Of a DNA stretch of 64,000 nt, positions 24,117-32,847 are shown one piece after another (position 1 is the stretch's first letter; every line of letters begins with the position of its first letter). The notes under the pieces were generated by a model that saw nothing but the letters and a program-made list of their open reading frames with translations, did not search any database and was not told where the DNA came from. Location of the stretch: IMG/VR virus record IMGVR_UViG_3300042154_002208; one strand, written 5' to 3'. A program made the translations under genes and the position numbers. Source of the DNA: a virus (lineage: Duplodnaviria > Caudoviricetes).

Positions 24117-24700
24117 TATACGGGTCTTCTAACTATTGGTTTAGTTTGAACTGAGCCAAATCCTGCATCCGGTGTAGAATCAAATCCGCCGGTATACCCA
24201 GATGATGGGGTCGGAGTAGATCCAAATGAATTTGTTGATGCACTTGCTACTGGTGCAGAATCAAATCCTCCGCCAAATGAGGGGGTTGATGTTCTTGATG
24301 CTGGTGTGGAATTAAATCCCCCGCCGAAAGAGCTAGGAGATTGTACTGGAGGAGCACTGTTTAACTCTGGAGTAGGAACATTGGTTGAAACATTTGTTGC
24401 ACCTGCAACTTTTTCCTGTGTTCTACCATAAGCAGAAACACCTAATACGCCACCCATTGCTACGTGGAATAATCCGCCGCCTTGTAGTGTAATCGGAACC
24501 CATTGTCTAAATGCGTCATTCGCAGCTTGTACTTCCCAAAACTGCACAATAGTAAACATAATTGGAAACAAGGCAAAATCAAACAAACAGCAAGTCATGT
24601 ACATCATTGCCATCATTGGCCGCCATTTCTTTGTCATCCAATCTTCATCTGGTTTCTTTTTTTCTTCTACAACTTCTTCAGTTTTATTTTTACCAAACAT
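24116..24700 (-). CDS. 3-TM holin-like protein (GTA_holin_3TM type) with low-complexity tail
   Basis: KWRPMMAMMY...WVPITLQGGGLFHVAMGGVLGVSAYGRTQEK; SD AGGGG before ATG 24700. Confidence 0.7.
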   Translation of the reverse strand: MFGKNKTEEVVEEKKKPDEDWMTKKWRPMMAMMYMTCCLFDFALFPIMFTIVQFWEVQAANDAFRQWVPITLQGGGLFHVAMGGVLGVSAYGRTQEKVAGATNVSTNVPTPELNSAPPVQSPSSFGGGFNSTPASRTSTPSFGGGFDSAPVASASTNSFGSTPTPSSGYTGGFDSTPDAGFGSVQTKPIVRRPV

Positions 24701-24704
24701 ATAA

Positions 24705-24836
24705 TTACCCCTGTTTCTTAGTTTGTATTTTACGATTTTCCTCACCAATATAATTAATCAACATAGACACATAAATTTCTCTTTCCCATGGAATCATATT
24801 TTCAATTTCTGTTAATGAGTATTTATGGTGCTGCAT
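24705..24836 (-). CDS. gp51: small gp51-like baseplate hub assembly protein; not in ORF track
   Basis: MQHHKYSLTEIENMIPWEREIYV...; the frame is open upstream through the gp26-like stop. Confidence 0.75.
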   Translation of the reverse strand: MQHHKYSLTEIENMIPWEREIYVSMLINYIGEENRKIQTKKQG

Positions 24837-24886
24837 TAATGAGAAATTCAATTGATAATAATTCACTAAACTATCATGAGAAAGAG

Positions 24887-25582
24887 TTAGACGAAAAAAT
24901 TTTGCAGGCCCTCTAAATCCACCGTATTTTTCTTACCGCATGCTGGGCAATCTGCTTCGATATGTTGTACAATTCTTGGCAACTTCTCAAAGAATTTTTC
25001 TAATAGATCAAACTGTTTCTTTGAGAATGAACTAATAAAGTCGTCTAATTCTTTTTCAGAATATGTGTCTTTATCAAAGTATTCTTTCTTTGTATAAACA
25101 GCATCAATGCAATTTCCAACCAATGCTAAAATTTTATCGGAATTTGAGTTTTCGTATATATCTAATATTTCGTCAAATCTAGGATATCGCATAACAACGC
25201 CAATATCTTCGGTCAACATGATTTTGTTTTCTATATCAGTTGGTTTATCGACTTCAATCTTTGTTAAATCCATACTGTAGTCTATTTTTTCTCCGCAGTC
25301 ACAATTAATAATGATATCAGTAGTTTCGCTTATAGACCTTGCTCGTATGTTTAAGAATAAATATTCTATATCGAAGCTTGCTAATTTATCAATATCTAAT
25401 TTTTTAAATGTGCAATTATCTACAAGTTCTGTAACTATTCTAGATATCTCTTTGCTTTCTGCTTCCATTGTCGTTAATAGAATTTTATATTCTTTAACTA
25501 GAAATGGTCTATATTTAATTTTTTTGCCGGTTGATGGTAACATCAATTCATAGTTTGGCGTTTCTAATATTGGTAAAGGCAT
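24887..25582 (-). CDS. gp26: gp26-like baseplate hub assembly protein
   Basis: MPLPILETPNYELMLPSTGKKIKYRPFLVKEYKILL...FDIEYLFLNIRARS...CPAC. Confidence 0.85.
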   Translation of the reverse strand: MPLPILETPNYELMLPSTGKKIKYRPFLVKEYKILLTTMEAESKEISRIVTELVDNCTFKKLDIDKLASFDIEYLFLNIRARSISETTDIIINCDCGEKIDYSMDLTKIEVDKPTDIENKIMLTEDIGVVMRYPRFDEILDIYENSNSDKILALVGNCIDAVYTKKEYFDKDTYSEKELDDFISSFSKKQFDLLEKFFEKLPRIVQHIEADCPACGKKNTVDLEGLQNFFV

Positions 25583-25596
25583 AATAATTTCCTATG

Positions 25597-26223
25597 TTAA
25601 AAATTTAATTCGTTGCTGTTAAATGCTGCTGTTGGCCGATCATCTATCCCAGATCCGGCGGGATCAAACCTTAGTCTATTTAAGAATTCGCTTTCAGAGA
25701 ACCATCTTCTGTACGCAAATGTAACATTTAATTTGTGTACTTGATTTGTTGACCCCATATTTAAATCTAACATATTAACTGCTCTGGGAAATGCATCTTC
25801 TAGATATATTGAATAATTTTCATTATTTTTTTCATCTAATTGTGCTATTTTAATTTGCGACACATATTCCCGCTGATAACTAACATTAAAAGAATTTGGA
25901 TTGACAACTTTGAACATCCATGCGTCAAAGAAAGATTTAACTTCCATTTGGTTATCTATGTAGAAAGATAAAGTTATTCCATCCCCATTAAATTCTGAAG
26001 ATACTGGTCTTTGATAACTTGCCCCGTAAATTCTATAAGGCTTTGTAGAAATACTCATTGCAGGTAAACTAGCAGACTCGCATAGTAAACTAACAAGTCG
26101 TCCGCTACCTGTTAAAGCCCCCAATCCGGGAGGCGGAAGAATAAATACTTCAAATCTATTAGGTCTAGCTAAACCTCTAATATTTACTTCCGAAATAAAA
26201 TTTGATATGCTAAAGTTTGACAT
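25597..26223 (-). CDS. gp54: baseplate-tail tube initiator (gp54-like, gp19 fold)
   Basis: LARPNRFEV...LCESASLP...LEDAFPRAV...VTFAYRRW. Confidence 0.75.
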   Translation of the reverse strand: MSNFSISNFISEVNIRGLARPNRFEVFILPPPGLGALTGSGRLVSLLCESASLPAMSISTKPYRIYGASYQRPVSSEFNGDGITLSFYIDNQMEVKSFFDAWMFKVVNPNSFNVSYQREYVSQIKIAQLDEKNNENYSIYLEDAFPRAVNMLDLNMGSTNQVHKLNVTFAYRRWFSESEFLNRLRFDPAGSGIDDRPTAAFNSNELNF

Positions 26224-26231
26224 TATGTCCT

Positions 26232-26792
26232 TTATAAGGTTTTGTTAAAGTCTTGCCAGACTTTAGTTTTCTGTGCACCGACAAATTTTTCAACAGGTAA
26301 TTGAGAAGCAGTTACCCAATCGGTATAGGGTATTTTATAAAGACGAGATTTGACGTGTGAATTTAAATAGTGTTTTACTGCAAATTTTGCCGGATGTAAT
26401 CTTGAAGAGGCATTTAATAGTCTCCAAGATAATTGAATTCTAGTATCTTCATCTTTACCGGTTGCATAATCAGATAAAAGTCCCAATATCCTAAATCTCA
26501 TCATATATGGTAGGTAGTGCAGATTTATTCCATAAAACCCATCAGGTACTTTTCTAAACGGCAATACTAAGGGCAATCTATCATAGTAAGGTAACGTGTC
26601 TTTATGTTTAGGATCATAAAAGAACAAGTACATTTCTCCCGGAATAATTCGCGTAGCAACTTTTGTATCCTTCAATATTTGATTGGTATTGGATAACTTG
26701 CCTAACGATGAAATTTGTTGTCTATACCATTGATAGGATTTTTCTTCGCCTGCGGCATTCAGTCTAATTGTTTCAAAAGCGTTGGTGGCCAT
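26232..26792 (-). CDS. gp2: DNA end protector protein gp2
   Basis: SYQWYR, FFYDPKHKDTLPYYDRLPLV, GINLHYL. Confidence 0.9.
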   Translation of the reverse strand: MATNAFETIRLNAAGEEKSYQWYRQQISSLGKLSNTNQILKDTKVATRIIPGEMYLFFYDPKHKDTLPYYDRLPLVLPFRKVPDGFYGINLHYLPYMMRFRILGLLSDYATGKDEDTRIQLSWRLLNASSRLHPAKFAVKHYLNSHVKSRLYKIPYTDWVTASQLPVEKFVGAQKTKVWQDFNKTL

Positions 26793-27241
26793 TACTTGGA
26801 TAATCCTAAATCTTTTTCGGTTAATACTATAAATTTCATATTTCGATCAGTACAAAATTCAAAGGCTGCTTTCCATTTAGCTTCATTTACGCCGTACTGG
26901 AAAACTTCGTCAATAAACCGTTTTGTTTTCTTTTTAGGGATTTCTGGCGGTTTAGTAAATTTTTCGGGTTTTATTTCTATGAGGAACTTCTCAGTCGTAT
27001 TGTTCTTAGATTTAACTTTTATATAAAAATCTACAAAATATCTGTGCACCTTTTTATCAACCGGGGACACATAGGGTATTATAACAGTCTCAGACCCCCA
27101 TTCTATAATTGAGGGGCTCTGATCGCACCATTTCATAAATCTAAGCTCCCATAGAGACCTATAGATTACAGTAGTAATGTCGCCTTTATATTTTGCAGGA
27201 TTCAATACCCTAAATCGGCCTTTGTAGGTTTTGGTGTACAT
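26792..27241 (-). CDS. gp4: head completion nuclease gp4
   Basis: KYKGD..IYRSLWE...WGSE..HRYFVDF..IEIKP..KWKAA. Confidence 0.92.
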   Translation of the reverse strand: MYTKTYKGRFRVLNPAKYKGDITTVIYRSLWELRFMKWCDQSPSIIEWGSETVIIPYVSPVDKKVHRYFVDFYIKVKSKNNTTEKFLIEIKPEKFTKPPEIPKKKTKRFIDEVFQYGVNEAKWKAAFEFCTDRNMKFIVLTEKDLGLSK

Positions 27242-27247
27242 AACTCA

Positions 27248-27255
27248 TATAAATA
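27248..27255 (+). promoter_or_regulatory. T4 late promoter (gp48 operon)
   Basis: TATAAATA. Confidence 0.8.
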
Positions 27256-27269
27256 ATTAATAACTATAA

Positions 27270-27277
27270 TATTTATA
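27270..27277 (-). promoter_or_regulatory. T4 late promoter (gp4 operon)
   Basis: TATTTATA on + equals TATAAATA on -. Confidence 0.8.
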
Positions 27278-27285
27278 GGCAAAAT

Positions 27286-28386
27286 ATGGCAGATATCCCA
27301 AAAGACATACGAGAATATACGGAAAATAGAGCTAAGAAATACGACGCTCCCTTTAGTTTTCCGGAATCTAACAAGTATAATGTTAACCAACATACATATC
27401 CTAGCGGTGTGGGCAAATCTCCGGATTTACAACACTATGTAGCATTCTTTGTTAATATTCGAGGTAAATCTAAATTTTTTGAATCTTATCAAAAAGCAGA
27501 TGTTAATGTAAGAAATAGACGGCCAGATAATATAAATTTAACAGCCTCCGGTACAGGAACTGTTACTAAAATAGGAGCCTTATCTGCGGCAACAGGCGTT
27601 GCTGCTGCATTACAAACAGCAATAGATAATCCTAGTAGAGCAGGAGCGGTAGGTATAAAAACTGCTCTGGTAACAGCGGCGACCGCTGGGGCGGTCGTTG
27701 CTGCAGCTACATTAGGCGAAACATTAAGGCCTGATAATAAATCAAGATTAAAAGATGTTATAACATTGCACCTTGAAGAAAGACCAAGTGTAAAATATGG
27801 CATAAATTATCAAGACAAAGATATGGGAATACTTGGAGGATTTTTAACCGATAATTCATCAATAACCGAATCTTTTAAAAATAGTGGCGGAGAACTTGGA
27901 TCAGCATTTGCCTTGCAGTTAGCTAAAATCCCATCCATGTTGCCAGGATTTGGATCAGCTGGTTTGGGAGATATTGCGCAATTAAGTGCAAAGGTTAGAA
28001 CAAATCCGTTTAGAGAGGTATTTTTTGAAGGTGTTGATTATAGACAATTTAATTTTAGGTATAGATTTATGCCTAAAGACAGAACAGAGTCTCAAGCAGT
28101 ATACAACATTATTCAAACATTTAAAGAACATATGCACCCTGAATTATCTAAGGGAGGATATTTTTACATTTATCCTTCGGAGTTTGAGATTGTTTATTAT
28201 TATAAAAATAAGGAAAATCCATACTTTAACAGAATTTCTCAATGTGCTTTAACTGATATGTCTGTAGATTACGGCGGCGAACAATTTGCATCATTTTTAG
28301 ATGGGTCACCTACAGAAATTAACATCACATTAAGTTTTAGGGAATTGGAATTGTTAACTAAAGATTCCATTAAACAAGGGTATTAA
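27286..28386 (+). CDS. gp48: baseplate tail tube cap gp48
   Basis: NPFREVFFEGVDYRQFNF, YPSEFEI, EINITLSFRELE. Confidence 0.85.
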   Translation: MADIPKDIREYTENRAKKYDAPFSFPESNKYNVNQHTYPSGVGKSPDLQHYVAFFVNIRGKSKFFESYQKADVNVRNRRPDNINLTASGTGTVTKIGALSAATGVAAALQTAIDNPSRAGAVGIKTALVTAATAGAVVAAATLGETLRPDNKSRLKDVITLHLEERPSVKYGINYQDKDMGILGGFLTDNSSITESFKNSGGELGSAFALQLAKIPSMLPGFGSAGLGDIAQLSAKVRTNPFREVFFEGVDYRQFNFRYRFMPKDRTESQAVYNIIQTFKEHMHPELSKGGYFYIYPSEFEIVYYYKNKENPYFNRISQCALTDMSVDYGGEQFASFLDGSPTEINITLSFRELELLTKDSIKQGY

Positions 28387-28980
28387 ATGTTTTTTAATAA
28401 ATTTCCACTACTTGCGTATACGCTTGATAACACAAGTACATATCAACTTGTGCCTGATATTTTAAGACGAGTAAAATTCTCAGATCAGTTAAAAAACAAT
28501 GATGCATTTTTTGATAAGTATGATGTGCGTGACGGAGAAACTCCTGAAATTTTAGCAGATAAATTTTATGGCGACTCAACTTTTCATTGGATTATATTAA
28601 TGGCAAATGACATTATTGATCCTAGATTTGATTGGCCCATGGATTTCAATATGTTGAACGAATATTGCAGTGGTAAATATGGTAAGAATCAAGTATACCA
28701 TATACATCATTATGCTAATCAAGCGGAATATATTATCAATGGTTACAGAATGCTACAACCTGGATCTACAATTAGTAATCCTATTTCATTGGTAGTACAA
28801 AGTTCTGGCACTTTTTCTTCACCAATTGTAAGTCAAAATGCTCCTACTAATAATTTATTTCCAATTACAAATTTTATGTATGAGGATTCGTTAAATGAAA
28901 AAAGAAGACGTATTAGTATTTTAAAACCCGAATTAGTATCGGGAATAGATTCTGATTTTAATAAGATCATAAAAGAATGA
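28387..28980 (+). CDS. gp53: baseplate wedge subunit gp53
   Basis: MFFNKFP...YDVRDGETPEILADKFYGD..WIILMAN..DWP. Confidence 0.88.
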   Translation: MFFNKFPLLAYTLDNTSTYQLVPDILRRVKFSDQLKNNDAFFDKYDVRDGETPEILADKFYGDSTFHWIILMANDIIDPRFDWPMDFNMLNEYCSGKYGKNQVYHIHHYANQAEYIINGYRMLQPGSTISNPISLVVQSSGTFSSPIVSQNAPTNNLFPITNFMYEDSLNEKRRRISILKPELVSGIDSDFNKIIKE

Positions 28981-30314
28981 GTAACACGGTTCAAGATGGG
29001 TTACAGACCCCGGGCGAGGTATTAATAGAAGAATTATCTCTGATATCTACTAACGGAAAATCTATCTCTCTAATAGATTATCTTATAGAATTAAATTTAT
29101 ATGAAAGCATATTTAGTAATGTTCTAAGTGGAGAAATAATATTATCAGATAGTGCAAATTTAATAAGACATTTTCCAATTACTGGAGAAGAATATTTAAG
29201 CGTGCGTTTAAAAACACCTGGATTTAATAATGATAACAAATATAAAATTGAAAAAATATTTAGAGTTTTTACAGTTGAAGATAGAGTCTTGGCAAGAGAT
29301 CAAAATACTCAAATTTATAAACTAAAGTTAATTTCCCCTGAGGCAATTGTAGATTCATATTCAATGTTATATTCCCCATTTAAAGGAAATATAACAAAAA
29401 TAGTACAAGATTTATTTAACAATAATTTAAAAATGGGTAAAGACTTAATTGTTTTTACCGGTGCAGATAACAATGTGAAATTTCTAAGTAATGGATGGAG
29501 TCCCTTTAAATGTATAAATTGGTTAGCAAAGAAAACTATTCCTAGCGACGGAAAAGCCTGCAATTTTTTATTTTGGGAATCAACTAAAGCATTCTATTTT
29601 GGTAGTTTGGAAACCTTATTTCAAAATGGAAATTCTATAGGTGATTATAGATATGCTGCAACCAGTGTATCTGTTGGTACCGACGATATAGAAGAAAAGA
29701 TGACTTTAATCACAGAGTTATCTGTACAAAATGGGCTTGACTATATTGTAGGATTAGATTCTGGGTATTTTGCAAGTAAATTAATTTCATTAAATTTATA
29801 CAATAAAAAACAAGAAGTTACAGAATACGATCATGTTGAGCAATACTCAAAGTATAAACACTCAACAGAATATAATCCTTCTCCTTTATTTTCAACGAAT
29901 GCGATTACACGAAATGTAAATTCTCATGTGCGTGTTTATCCTAAATATCCTAATCTGCACACCGGAGTTAAAAAGAATTATAATGAACGCATGGGTGAAA
30001 TTTATGGCAATAGATTATCAAACATAAAAGAGTTAAGCAATTTAAAATTAAACATAATAATACATGGCCGAACAGATATAGAAGCTGGGCAATTTATGAA
30101 TGTAAAATTTCCTGATATGGATCCTCCTAGCGAAGCTGATATTGCCAGAGATAAAATTGATCCTAAGTATTCTGGAAGATATTTAATAACTGCAATCAAT
30201 CACAAAATTAATATATTAACTCATAGTATATCTATGGAAATAATAAAAGATTCGTTTGATCCTGCTGGCGCAACTTTAATAGATGCCACAAATGTATCAA
30301 CTACTGCGTTTTGA
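28977..30314 (+). CDS. baseplate hub protein (gp27-like)
   Basis: Position between gp53 and gp5; ELNLYESIFS..LPITGEE-like N-terminus, YSGRYLITAINH C-terminus. Confidence 0.7.
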   Translation: MSNTVQDGLQTPGEVLIEELSLISTNGKSISLIDYLIELNLYESIFSNVLSGEIILSDSANLIRHFPITGEEYLSVRLKTPGFNNDNKYKIEKIFRVFTVEDRVLARDQNTQIYKLKLISPEAIVDSYSMLYSPFKGNITKIVQDLFNNNLKMGKDLIVFTGADNNVKFLSNGWSPFKCINWLAKKTIPSDGKACNFLFWESTKAFYFGSLETLFQNGNSIGDYRYAATSVSVGTDDIEEKMTLITELSVQNGLDYIVGLDSGYFASKLISLNLYNKKQEVTEYDHVEQYSKYKHSTEYNPSPLFSTNAITRNVNSHVRVYPKYPNLHTGVKKNYNERMGEIYGNRLSNIKELSNLKLNIIIHGRTDIEAGQFMNVKFPDMDPPSEADIARDKIDPKYSGRYLITAINHKINILTHSISMEIIKDSFDPAGATLIDATNVSTTAF

Positions 30315-30323
30315 AAGATAATT

Positions 30324-32390
30324 ATGAATAACCTGTATGGCGGACAAAATTTTACCTGGTGGGTAGGGGTAGTTGAAGATAGACAAGATCCTGAAAAATT
30401 AGGTAGATGTAAAGTAAGAATATTTGGATATCATATAGATGATTTGACCGTGTTGCCTAAAGCAGATTTGCCATGGGCTATTCCCATGCAGCCAATAACA
30501 TCTGCCGCTACATCTGGTATCGGTATTGCACCTGTCGGCCCGGTTGAGGGTACTTGGGTGTTTGGTTGGTTCTTAGATAATGAAGAAGGCCAACAACCTG
30601 TAATGATGGGTACACTTGCGGGTAAAAATGAAAAACATCCAAACGCTGATAAAAAAATTGCACAAGATCAATTAGCTGCAAACAATTTATTAACAACTTC
30701 TTCGGGCAATCCAGTAACCGATAGTTCAGGTAACCCAATACAAACTGGAACAGATGTTGCAGATTCTAATTATGATCAGAACTCATCATTTTTAAATCAT
30801 CCGAATAATCCAAAAGCTGCATCTTTCGGTCCTTTAAACAATCCATCAGATGTAAAGGCCAAAGCATTCAAAGATCCAAATGGAGTGTATCCTAAGATCG
30901 AGTATTCAGAAAAACCTGACACTAATAAATTAGCAGCTGAAGATAAATCACATAAGTATTTTGCGGTTAAAACTAAAAATAGAAAAACAAGTATAGCCAA
31001 AGCGCAATCAACGGGAACATGGGATGAACCGGAATCAGCATACAATGCCTTGTATCCTTACAATCAAGTTATTGAAACTGAAGCAGGACATGTCATTGAA
31101 TTAGATTCTAGTCCAAATGCTGAAAGAATTCACATATATCATAAAAAAGGATCCTATATTGAAATAGATGTAAATGGTTCATCTGTTAAAAAGACTATAG
31201 GAGATAGTTATGAGCTAACTGATAAAAATGGATATGTATATGTTAAAGGTGCCTATAATTTAACAGTAGGTGGTACTACAAAAATACTAGTACAAAACGA
31301 TGCTGATATTGAAGTAGACGGGGAAGCCAGTATCTTAACACATAGATCTGCGTTAGTACAAGCCGCGCAAACAGTTCAAATTGTTGGAGATGATATTAAA
31401 GTATCGGGCAAATCTAGTGTACAAATTACAAGTGACGGGCCTGTTAACATACAAGGTAGTAGTATCACACTAAATGCAAAAACCGGCGCATTTGCTGCAA
31501 AAGCTGCAAAAGAAGTTGCATTACAAGCAGGCACAACCGCAAGTGTAAAGGGCGGGTTAGAATTGTTACTAGATGCGGCCACCGTAAAAACAAAAATGGG
31601 AGCTATTCAAGTATCGTCTACTAAACTTCCAGTGCCAACCCCGCCGGAAGTCAAATCACCTACTCCTGTAATTATTAAAGATTCAGTAAGACCCGATAGC
31701 CCAGAGAGTATATTCTTAGGGGATTCTTTAGATAAAAGTGCAGAAACTTTTACTGCAGCAAGAATTAAAAATAATGAGATTTCTACAAACTTAGAAGATC
31801 TAACAACATTATCCAGAGATACTAATACAGAAAAATCCTCAGCAATAACCGGAGGCGTTCAACCAACACCGGTAGATGTATCAGAATTTGCAGGATTGAA
31901 GACTTTCCCAGATTCTATGAAGTTATCAAAATACTTTACTTTAGGAGATCTTTCAACAAGAACTGCAGCTACATCATACGCAGTTAAAGATCAAAATGGA
32001 CTAACCGCTGCTCAGATTGTTGGAAATTTAAAACACTTATCTGTAAACGTATTAGATAAAATAAAAGAACAATATCCTGATATGATTATTACTAGCGGAT
32101 TTAGAAGTAAAAATGAAGGATCTGATCACGATAAAGGGCAAGCAGTAGATATACAATTTACAGGCAGGTCAAACGATGACTATTATGATATTGCAAAATG
32201 GATAGAGGCAAATACCCCGTATAAACAAGTATTGCTTGAATATGCTAAAAAACCAAATGGAAAAATAGTTGCTTGGATACACGTTGCGGCAGCTAGCAAC
32301 GGATCGAAATCTGCAATGCCTATAGGTACATTAGTAAATCACAGTGCCAATGCCCCAGGGGCACGTAATTCGTTTGTAAATTACGGATAA
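30324..32390 (+). CDS. gp5: baseplate central spike gp5 with C-terminal peptidase M15 domain
   Basis: OB-fold WWVGVVEDRQDPEKLGRCKVR; YPYNQVIETEAGH; C-terminal SKYFTL..ITSGFRS..SDHDKGQAVDI..WIHV. Confidence 0.88.
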   Translation: MNNLYGGQNFTWWVGVVEDRQDPEKLGRCKVRIFGYHIDDLTVLPKADLPWAIPMQPITSAATSGIGIAPVGPVEGTWVFGWFLDNEEGQQPVMMGTLAGKNEKHPNADKKIAQDQLAANNLLTTSSGNPVTDSSGNPIQTGTDVADSNYDQNSSFLNHPNNPKAASFGPLNNPSDVKAKAFKDPNGVYPKIEYSEKPDTNKLAAEDKSHKYFAVKTKNRKTSIAKAQSTGTWDEPESAYNALYPYNQVIETEAGHVIELDSSPNAERIHIYHKKGSYIEIDVNGSSVKKTIGDSYELTDKNGYVYVKGAYNLTVGGTTKILVQNDADIEVDGEASILTHRSALVQAAQTVQIVGDDIKVSGKSSVQITSDGPVNIQGSSITLNAKTGAFAAKAAKEVALQAGTTASVKGGLELLLDAATVKTKMGAIQVSSTKLPVPTPPEVKSPTPVIIKDSVRPDSPESIFLGDSLDKSAETFTAARIKNNEISTNLEDLTTLSRDTNTEKSSAITGGVQPTPVDVSEFAGLKTFPDSMKLSKYFTLGDLSTRTAATSYAVKDQNGLTAAQIVGNLKHLSVNVLDKIKEQYPDMIITSGFRSKNEGSDHDKGQAVDIQFTGRSNDDYYDIAKWIEANTPYKQVLLEYAKKPNGKIVAWIHVAAASNGSKSAMPIGTLVNHSANAPGARNSFVNYG

Positions 32391-32397
32391 TTCGCCT

Positions 32398-32405
32398 TAT
32401 AAATA
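32398..32405 (+). promoter_or_regulatory. T4 late promoter (gp25)
   Basis: TATAAATA, intergenic. Confidence 0.8.
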
Positions 32406-32445
32406 ATAATGTTCTAGCCCTTTACCAAAAACAATAAATATAAAA

Positions 32446-32847
32446 ATGGCAACCGTAAATCGAATCGTACGAAGATATACAGATTTAAATCTGTTATTTA
32501 AGCCACATCCTTATTCAAAGGATGTTTTAACTAGAACAAATGCTGACGCAGTAAAAACTGCTATTCAGAATTTAATTCTGACAAAAAATTATGAGAGACC
32601 GTTTCACCCCGAAATAGGTAGTCAAGTTAATGCGTTAATTTTTGAGAATTTTATACCATCTACAATTACCGCATTAGAAAAATCAATTGAAACTACTATA
32701 AGAAAATTTGAGCCAAGGGCAAGAATTTTGGATATTCATATTAATGATAATTCCGATAAAAACGCAATTGATATAGAAGTAACATTCGCACTTAGTAATA
32801 CCGAAGAACCTATAACCGTAGCAACAACTATTAGCAGAGCAAGATAA
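32446..32847 (+). CDS. gp25: baseplate wedge subunit gp25
   Basis: YTDLNL..NLILTKNYERPFHPEIGS..FEPRA. Confidence 0.92.
   Translation: MATVNRIVRRYTDLNLLFKPHPYSKDVLTRTNADAVKTAIQNLILTKNYERPFHPEIGSQVNALIFENFIPSTITALEKSIETTIRKFEPRARILDIHINDNSDKNAIDIEVTFALSNTEEPITVATTISRAR

Noticed and set aside
24701-24748. ORF-track N-terminal extension of the holin
   Set aside because: It overlaps the gp51-like frame; ATG 24700 has a clear AGGGG SD.
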